Part shown: positions 39,970 through 50,000 of the stretch, in pieces
How the letters are laid out: every line of letters starts with the position of its first letter
Position numbering within the stretch: the first letter of the stretch is position 1
Assembly (NCBI RefSeq): GCF_036588685.1
Contig: NW_026963347.1
Span: forward strand, 496,001 to 560,000
Source of the DNA: Mytilus trossulus
Lineage: Eukaryota
Length of the DNA stretch: 64,000 bases
Direction: 5' to 3'
Translations under genes and position numbers: made by a program
The notes under the pieces: model-generated
What the model was told of the DNA's origin: nothing
Databases searched by the model: none
What the model saw: only the letters and a program-made list of their open reading frames with translations

Positions 39970-40435
39970 TTGAAAATGCCTGTACCCAGTCAGTAATATG
40001 ACTGTAGTTGTCAATTTGTTTGATGTGTTGTGTCAGTTGATTTGCCATGTGATTAGGGACTTTCAAATTGAATGTTCCTCGGGGCTCAGTATTTTTGAGA
40101 TTTTACTTGTATCAGTATCTTGCTACCAAGTTATGTACTTGTCTCTGACTTTTGCATTTAATAGGTTTCTGAAATATAGTTTATAATTCAAATATAATAT
40201 AAACTGTAAATATAACGGAATTTAGTGAGACTGTCATTAAAGTGAGAGCGTTAGCGCTATAGAAACAGGTTTAATTTACCATTTTCTACATTCGAAAATG
40301 CCTTTACAAAGTTAGGAATATGACAGTTCTTGTCCGTTCGTTTTTGATGCGTGTTGTTATTTGATTTTGCCATATGATTATGGACTTTCCGAATTGATTT
40401 TTCTCTAAGTTCAGTATTTTTGTGTTCTTACTTTT
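39970..40435 (+). repeat. Interspersed repeat family 4, two adjacent copies (inverted copy at ~39640-39740)
   Basis: GAAAATGCCTKTAC...AATATGACWGT...TGATTTGCCAT...GGACTTTC...TCAGTATTTTTG occurs at ~39972 and ~40294. Confidence 0.7.
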
Positions 40436-41963
40436 TCCTGTATACAAGTGTTATCGCATATTAAAGTTATACAATTCTAACAAAGTCAACATAAGTAAGG
40501 CGGTCTTACTGTAAGTTTACTGAGGTGATGAGGTCAAACAATTTTCGTTAAATGACAGGTCAGTAAATGTATACAATGAAAGTGAACAATAAAAATGTAA
40601 ACATTTTGACGAACCTTGTTTATGTGACCGTATTAAGAAAAGGAAGAAAATATTAATATGTCAAACTTTTATTTATAGGTTTTGGTCCTTGAACACTTAT
40701 AACTTAAACAATGATATTTCCTATCGGTTTTAGTATGTTAATTCATATATTTCCGTTTTTGCTAAGCATGCTAAGCAAATAAAATTTAAAAAAAGGAAAT
40801 TATTATAAACATCAGTTTTGCATCTGAGTTTGACTCTCCTGTTACATAGGAGTACAACTGAAAAATGTTTCATAATCAATTCTTACCAGTACTAAACATC
40901 ATCTGTTTCGGAAAATCATTACCAAATTGAAAAGAACATCGCAATTCAATAAACCAGAGATACGTATACAGGTTTAGATAAATCTGCATTATGTAATATA
41001 ATAGGACACAGATATTACTTTTTGATATTCTCGGATTTTTATCAAGAAACGTTTTAAATTATATAAACATAGCTCAGGGGAGTTCTATTTATTGTATTCA
41101 TTTCATGCTGATAAATATGAATTTGAAGAAGAAAAAAAATCAACACTGGCGTCACGACTTCCTTTTATCCATTTTGAGGGAATATAAAACAGATTGAACC
41201 ATTGATGTCTAAAGTATCGTTTTCTTGTAATTGAGTAATGCATTTTGAATAGGGTGATGTCTTATTTATATTGACAACATGCATATGTATATAGAAAGAG
41301 ACCATCTGGTCGGACGATTAAAAAATCATCCGACAATTGTTATTTAATATATACACAAAATACTACAAGATGATGTTTTTTATTATTACTATGATTAAGT
41401 TTGAATTTATATAAAATAATAAGTTAAAATAAAGAAACAAGAAACTTGGCACTAGTGTATAAAAAAAGTATCTGATAATGTAAATCAATTAACTTTACTT
41501 ATTACTGTTTACGGCTATACTAATTATTGATTGCTGCTATATCAGGTAAATGATCACGGCTACACTTGTTTAGCAACTAATTACTGCTTCACTGATAACT
41601 ATTACGTTATATAGCGGAAAAACACAACCATCCTTTCTTTTAGTATCAAAATCACCATCAATACCTATAGGAAATACATTATCCTTGCGTTATCTCATAA
41701 TCAGCAATAGTAACATGTTCAATGGATGTGTACTAGGGTGCTCCGTTTTTGATAATTCTAAAATCTTATGGATGAGTACCTTCATCTGAAAAGCTCGAAA
41801 GGCCTTTTCATAACATATGATCAAACGAATGGCACCGGGATGACTTTTTCGTGTTTTTCTAAATCTTGATAAATGTATTATTATAATGTAGAACAAGCTG
41901 AAATATTATGCAATCGGTTATAAAAATGTCAGTAAAATTGAAGAAATGCTACCTAGTGCTCGA

Positions 41964-42358
41964 GGCGTACTTAATTATAATCCTGGTACCTTCGATAACC
42001 ATTTACACCACTAGGTCGATGTCACTGCTGGTGGACGTTTCGTCCCAGAAGGTATACCAGTCCAGTAGTCAAAATTTCGGTGTTGACAAGAATATCAATA
42101 ATATGGTCATTTTTATAAATTTCCACTTTACAAAACTTTGAAATTTCCGAGAAAAAGAAATACGGATTTTCTTATCCCAGACATAGATTACCTTAGCCGT
42201 ATTTGGCACAACTTTTTGAGATTTTTTATCCTAATTGCTCTATAAATTTGTACTTGTTTGGCTTTTAAAATAATTTGATATGAGCGTCACTGATGAGTCT
42301 TATATAGACGAAATGTGCGTCTGGCGTACTAAATTTTAATCCTGGTACCTTTGATAAC
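41964..42358 (+). mobile_element. Full monomer (359 nt) plus ~36-nt redundancy of a hammerhead retrozyme
   Basis: GGCGTACTWAATTWTAATCCTGGTACCTTYGATAAC occurs at 41964 and 42323. The 5' end coincides with the HHR cleavage position. Confidence 0.85.
42284..42327 (+). ncRNA. Type I hammerhead ribozyme
   Basis: GCGUCA-CUGAUGA-GUCU(uauau)AGAC-GAAA-UGUGC-GUC-UGGCGU. Predicted cleavage is after C42321. Confidence 0.88.
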
Positions 42359-42675
42359 TACATGTATTTGTTCACACAATCATCGAATAAAATACATTTG
42401 TATGAAAGTGGGGTTAACCGTATTTGATAACCTTATAATCGATCGGAAATATTTTGTTTCACGTATTTAAAGTACTCATGATCAATTGAAATCAAATATG
42501 CCAGGTGTTAGTAGCGATACTCTTTATACATACTATACAAACCATATTGTCGGTAAAATGCGTCGACTTTGGACTGCCACTCAAAAACAGGATAAATAGG
42601 ATTTCATGTAGGAAAAAATTTTGCATTTCAAAAGCCGCATATGGAACCACCAAATAGTTGTTGCAAGGGGTTTAA

Positions 42676-42924
42676 GGTGGTACCTAACACTTCCAACTAA
42701 AATTAATTTGGCTGGTTTAATTTTCTTAAAATTTTGACAAAGTATTAACTTTGACCCTTTGACAAAAATATAGAAATTTCAAAAAATTTGGCACTGGTTA
42801 TATAGCAGTTTGACAAACACCTATTTTGATCATTGAGAACCTTAATATTCCCTGATGAACACAACGTCATTAAAACGTTCTGCTGATTTTACAGAGTTAT
42901 CTCCCTGTAATGTTAGGTACCACC
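42676..42924. mobile_element. MITE, probably Kolobok-type
   Basis: TTAA followed by TIR GGTGGTACCTAACA / TGTTAGGTACCACC. The right-hand TTAA is not preserved. Confidence 0.65.
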
Positions 42925-43884
42925 TCTCTTTGGCATGTATCGGATATAACACCCTCCGTCTGACCCGACGTGGCAGCGAACTTGAACATCAAACGGGTGC
43001 CCAACTTGAGCAAAGGTTTTCAGTCGGTCCTAAAATGACCTGAAGTGACCATATTCATATTCCCAAGTCACCCTTATGTGTAACCCAATTAAAATTTTCA
43101 TCACAAATTCTTAAACTCTATCTCCAACGCTGGAAGATGACAACAGTGTCCATGTAATGAATGCACTATTAAGGTCTAATACCACCATTGATTTTTCCCT
43201 ATTGGTCTTTGTTAAATTGACACTTTTAAAAAAATTTACAGTATTTACCTTTATTTCAACCAAAGAAATACTTTGCATGTATAAAGTTTGATCCTTTCCA
43301 GTGAAACAGTGAAAATTTCACACTACATTTCATTGCATATAAGAAAGAAACCAACACCGGAAGTAAACAACCCAATTTTTACACTGTTATTTACTGGTTA
43401 CCTGCTTTGGTAACTATGTAACCTTAACGTTCCAAAATATTTTAAAAGACCATCAAATAATAAAAGAATGATGCTTTCAGACTTCCAACATACATATTTA
43501 CGACTCAGAAAAATTTAAGTGCATTGAAATGCAGGGTTAATTTTCTACAACTGTCAAATTCAAGGGAATATTTTGTTAGGCCTACTTTTATGCAACCGGA
43601 TGCGACAGACCATGATTTGGTGGTATTACACCTTAAGCATACTCCGCAGTCAATTACAAAGCAAGAACAAATTAGTGGTGTTTTGAAATTGATACATCTT
43701 AAACAATTTAGAACTATTTTCACTTACAAAAATCAAATTTCTCTATATAAAAAAAAAACTAACCAATTGCATATTAATTATGTTTTGTGGAAAAGAACAC
43801 CCGACATATTTTGGTTTGTGAAAGACAAAAAGACAAAGCTAAATGAATCGTGTAATTGTGCATTTTCTGTGCAAATCATTGTCG

Positions 43885-43945
43885 TCGATTGGTCAACAAA
43901 CATTCTTCACAGGATATTCTCCAAATAGCAAAAAGGAAGTAATTG
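43885..43945 (+). promoter_or_regulatory. Putative promoter of gene C (inverted CCAAT, CAGGAT, ETS GGAAGT)
   Basis: GATTGGTCAA...TTCACAGGATA...AAAAGGAAGT is conserved with 63095-63150. Confidence 0.5.
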
Positions 43946-44024
43946 AATGATAATTCATAACATAATAGAAATATATGTATCACATAATTGTGTAATTGAC
44001 GTTAAAGTTTATTGTATTCTCAAA

Positions 44025-47000
44025 ATGTATTGTTTAATCATAGTAACAGCATATCAGTTAATGCAGATATCAAGAACTCTGAATTTGACTTCGAAGAATG
44101 TTTGCCCTAGACATTTGCAATCTGTTAAAAAGTATGTATTTTTAATTCAGCCATGACAGCAAAAGCACACTTTTATCATTTTGTAATTACATTGTTTTAC
44201 GGGTAACGTTTAGATGTATTTCCATTTATAGCGTGGTTCATAACATTTCAAAAGATGTATTGGCAGTGGAGTGTTGTCCGAATTATATCATTAAGAACGG
44301 CATATGTGAACGTAAGTACAAGATTAATTGCGATGCATTAAAATTATTTCTAGTTGATAGAATTAAGGATGTTCGCTTGTTATGTTTTTTTTTTTTTTTT
44401 TGTCAGATTTTCGAAATCCTCTGGTTTTATTTATTTGAATGCTTAAGAAAAATTTCATCATTGACCTTCATTTTTCTTTTTAATAATCTTTTACATGACT
44501 GTATAGTTATAAGCCATCTGTTAAAGTCTTATAAAATCTTTGTTATCTTTCAAAGGTGTTTGCGAACTTAAACTTGTCAATGATAAAGCTATGAAAAATC
44601 AAGAGAGAGCGTTTTCGCGCCAGAATTGTAATGGCTTATATCTCGAAAACATGCAAATTGACATATACTTTTTTTTTGTTCTTATGATTTCTTTATTAAT
44701 CCCTTATTAATATATACCAATGCTGTATAACAGCTTGTTATTTTAAAACTGAGAAGCGAACCACCATTAAGATAATATTTGTAAGCCTCTACCAAATTAA
44801 GATAGATCGGGTGATTGTTTTCTGGGTATGATGCAAAAATACCGTTATGCAATTAAACATTTTACTAAATATCATCCAATAGTCAGACAACAGAAACATC
44901 TAAGTTCTGTAATTTTAATTCTTAACGATAAAACGAATAAGGTGCCGTAAATAGTATTTCAATATAAAAAAAATGTAAAAAAATCCATCTTAAATAAAAG
45001 GCAGATAAGTATATTGAAAGGAGTAGGTCCGGATAGGGCCAATTTTGGCCTCAAATTTTAGGTTCATCTGGTGAAAGATTTTGTTCACTTTTTAAACACT
45101 TTAGTTACTACTTCAGTCGATTCAATTAGTTTGTGTAAAATACTTAAACTGATTTAGTCATTTCAGACGTTCACATTCAATCTTAAATATGAAAAATCTA
45201 TCAATTTTGCAATTATATGTCACTTTTCAGATAATGTTTGTCAAAATGAAAGTGGCAGCATCCGTGTTCATCCTAATCCTTTATATATGTTATGTTTTAT
45301 CATCAAATACAACTTACATTTGAATATTAAGAATGAACACGAATGTGGCCACTTCCATTTAAGACGACAACCGTCGAAAATATTTAACTCAAATGCTGCA
45401 ATTGTGAGGATTTCAGTAATTTAGCATGACTTAATGATGATAGTTTCCGATATACATTTTGTATGTGCATTACACTACAAACCATTAAAGTCTGAAATGA
45501 CATTCATTTGTACCCGACTGTACTAATTTTTACTCGACCAGTCTGAATTGGTTTGACTTTTACTTGACATTAATGGACTCCAGAATCTGATGTACAGTAG
45601 TTGTCGTTTGTTTATGTAATATATACGTGTTTCTCGTTTCTCGTTTTGTTTATATAGATTAGACCGTTGGTTTTCCCGTTTGAATGGTTTTACACTAGTA
45701 ATTTTGGGGCCCTTTATAGCTTGTTGTTCGGTGTGAGCCAAGGCTCCGTGTTGAAGGCCGTACTTTAACCTATAATGGTTTAATTTTTAAATTGTTATTT
45801 GGATGGAGAGTTGTCTCATTGGCACTCACACCACATCTTCCTATATCTATCCAATCTGAACCATACTTGACTGTACGGAATCGGACTTGACCCTTATATT
45901 TGCCGTTGAAAATAATCTGAACTATTACTCGACTAGTCTGAACTATTACTCGACCAGTCTGAAACAGTCTTAACCCAATCTCGACATATACTCGACAAAT
46001 TTTTCCAGTCTAAACCATAAAAAAAGTCTACTTTTTTAACTGTTAAAAAAAATCTTTTTAACTGACAGATATAACAACAGCCAACAAAAATCGTAAAAAA
46101 AATTAAACTCATATTACAAATATATCTATGATTATAAGGATGAATGAAAAAGTATATCATATATAACTTATATAATAAAAGGATCAAATTAAATGAATAA
46201 ATTAAATTGTTTTTTTTCTGATTAGTGGTGAAATATAAGGATTAACCTCTGCTTGGAGGCAAACTCATAAATAAGATCACACCTGGTCAGAGGTATTAAA
46301 TTCTAAAAAACATTGATTCAAAATTGCAACATCCTGTCTAATTTAAATAACAAGGCCTTTCGAATATACATGTATGTACTAGATATTTCATTTATTGGCG
46401 CAAGTAATACCATCAAATTAAAAGAGAGTGGCGCAATCAATACCTTTTCAAAACTGCAATTGGCGCAAATTGATTCTGCCCATAAGTTATACATGAATTT
46501 TAAAATATAGGGCTTTCTTTTTACCTGTAAAACACACATGCACTGAGGTAATTATAACATATCCAAGTGCTGTATGTATGCCATGTTAATTTGACCAAAA
46601 AATTACTTGAATTAATTGAAATAAATATTTACTATTACTTTGGAATACATCTCCTTTTTTTTAAAAGGTTATCAAGGATTGCTATGGATATTCTATTATC
46701 ATGATAACATTAAATTATTGGTTCAATAAAACAATACAATTAAGCTCTCATTTTTTTAAATTTATTAAGTTGTTTTATATACTATTTTATATATATTAAT
46801 ATATATGCATATTAATAAAAAAAAAATCACTGCATTATTAATTAAACTCAACTAAATCTCTTCTAGGCTTAAGTTAATGGTGAAAATAGTCCAGTTACCA
46901 TAAAATACTTCCGAAATATTCATAAAATTTTGAATAAATATTGAAAATACTAGTCATTTGTTAAACACAAATGCTTTTAGATTATTTGATCAGCTTGGTT

Positions 47001-50000
47001 TTTTTTTATATTTTAAAAATTGATATATATTAGTACGTAAGTGTTAATTAACATCGTGTTGAAGTTATATTATGATTGTTTATTGTGAAATTTTAATTTC
47101 TATACTGTATTGAATACATTTTAAATTTCAAGTTGTTGTTCAAATTTTATTATAAAAAAACAAAATTGATAAAATTCAGTTGATAGATTCAAAGAATAGG
47201 TCTAGGTTGGTTAAGACTTGGTCGAGTATGGTTCAGACTAGGTCGATTACGGTTCAGACTTGGTCGAGTACGGTTTAGACTAGGTCGAGTACGGTTCAGA
47301 CTAGTATAAAATGGTTAAGTACTGGTCAAGTACACATTCAGACTGTTAAGTATGGTTCAGACTACAGTCGAGTAAAAATCAGTTCAGTCGAGTACAGATA
47401 TAGGCCATTTCAGACTAATAATGGTTTGTAGTGTTATATTGTCAAAAATAGCCCATATTTATGTAACAATGAATAGCTAAAAGTTCACATTATCAAAATT
47501 TTGTAAAACTGATTCTGGGACCAAAAATGGGTCCTACTGAACCTACTCCTATCATATATTACAGGGAAACGTGTGGGTTTTTTTCATCAAATGATGCCAA
47601 AAGTTAAAAAAATGTGTCCTATGACCCCGCCTGTCAACTAACATGGACAATATAGCTAAACATAAAACACGGGTAAAATGCAGTTTTGGCTGATATCTCC
47701 GAAACTAAAGCATTTAGAGGAAATTTAACAATGGGTAAAAATGTTTATCAGAATAAGATTTATCTGGTAAATGAAATGTTTAGCCGTTGTTGGTTTGCTA
47801 ACCCTGAATGAGTAATTCCAAAAAAAAATGCAGTTTCTGATTAGTTTTGTAATTTTAAAAGTAACTGTAATTCAAAGTTACATAATTAACAATTATTTTG
47901 TTCAACTATAATTGATAGGGCTTGGTAAAATTTCACATTAAATGTACCTTGAAGATATTTAATTATATTTTTTTTAGAATTGTCTACCTAAGGAATATAT
48001 TTCCTTTTGCTGGATTTTCACAATACTTTCGGAAATTTGGTTCTACCTTTTTTATGTTGCCTAATGTTTCTATTATTCTTTATTGTTTGACGTCTGGTGT
48101 GCACAAAGTTAATTAGGTATAGCTAACAAAATTAAGAAATGGAAATGGGGAATGATTCAAAGCAAAAACAAGCCGACAAAAGAGCTTAAAACAGCTCAAA
48201 GCCATCAATTGTGAAATGCCGCACCCGGAGGAAGGCTTTCGCTGTCCCCTAAACAAAAAATATGTACAACTAGTTCAGGGAAACTTGCCGACAAACTTAA
48301 CTCCAAAACATAAAAAAAGAACTAAAATTTCAATTATTACAAGACTAGCAAAGGCAGGATGCTCCTAACTTGGTAAAGGCACAACAATGTGGTAGGGATT
48401 TACATGTTTTGTGAGGTCTCAATACTCCCAAATACCTTTAGTCAACTTAAAACAAACAAACACACAGCAATATGAATAGTAAAACTCAGTTTAAAACAAT
48501 TTCGAATTCGATGTCAGAATAGGTACATGTAAAAAAAAAAATAAGTCAAATTAAAATGATACATAAAATAACAAAGAATTCCTAGCAGTTACTGATATGC
48601 TTCCTCGTGACCTCAATTAAAGGGATTGAACGATTATGTCTTCGTCATATGAAAATCAAGCACAATCCCTCCCTATGGGGGTTGAGTATAATACCATCGT
48701 AAATATATAAGAAGACCATAATCCGTATCATGTCAAGAACTGGTCCAGGAATAAATGTAAAAATTGAAATGGGGAATGTGTCAAAGAGACAACAACACGA
48801 CCAAACAAGCACAAAACATCCAACGCGTTACGACTACCGATGTGTCTTCAACACAGCGCAGTATGCTCCCACTGTTTATTTCGTATACAAAGACCCTACA
48901 TATATATAGAATATAATTATTTTCTGTGACTGTATCTTACATTAATTTGTAGGATCCTTTACTATATATAATTTAGCTGATCTGTAACCATAACATCTTC
49001 ATACCTTATATATCATGTACTGTAGTACGCCGCTAGATTAAAACTGACGTGGAAAGGTAACACATGCCCACCGAAGGCTCTTTTATTTGAGATCCCAGGT
49101 GATCGTGTGGTATAGCGGGACGACTGCAGTGCAGGCGATTTGGTGTCACGATATCACAGAAGCATGGGTTCGAATCCCGGCGAGGGAAGAACCAAAAATT
49201 TGCGAAAGCAAATTTACAGATCTAACATTGTTGGGTTGATGTTTAGACGAGTTGTATATACATTATGTACACAGCCATGTATCACCATCATTGATGGCGA
49301 TCCGATGGATACATCTGTTGTAGGGTTGTCACTGACTCAGACGTACTTATGAATATAATTATTTTCTGTGACTGTATCTTACATTAATTTGTAAGATCCT
49401 TTACTATAGATAATTTAGCTGATCTGTAACAATAACATCTTCATGCCTTATATATCATGTACTGTAGTACGCCGCTAGATTAAAACTGACGTGGAAAGGT
49501 AACACATGCCCATCGAAAGCTCTTTTATTTGAGAGCCCAGGTGGTCGTGTGGTCTAGCGGAACGGCTGCAGTGCAGGCGATTTGGTGTCACGATATCACA
49601 GAAGCATGGGTTCGAATCCCGGCGAGGGAAGAACCAAAAATTTGCGAAAGCAAATTTACAGATCTAACATTGTTGGGTTGATGTTTAGACGAGTTGTATA
49701 TATATATATAGAAATTTGTTTGACATGCACACGTATAAAAATTGCGGTTTTTATCCAACGCAGTCATAGGTTTGAACGTAGTTTTCAATTTAGACTCGTA
49801 TATATATATAATTTATATATATAAAAGTCTATAAAAAGGACCAACCAGCAAATTTACTATGTACCGGATCGTCTAGAATAGGCGATACTATGCAGATAAG
49901 GAAAAAATTATATCAGTCTAAAGATTTGCACAACGGTACTGATATAAGGTGTTATTAAACAAAAATGTTGTTATAAAATCGTGTTGACAAATATTTCGGC

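Noticed and set aside
37850-41900. Short ORFs between genes B and C
   Set aside because: No domain similarity, no consistent splice pattern and low-complexity AT-rich composition.
49328-49372. GTCA-CTGACTCAGA...TGTGAC as a second hammerhead candidate in the 442-nt unit
   Set aside because: It lacks the GAAA strand and the correct core spacing.
49535-49630. Functional tRNA gene
   Set aside because: A and B boxes are present, but the acceptor stem pairs poorly and there is no clean anticodon arm. Treated as a tRNA-derived promoter.
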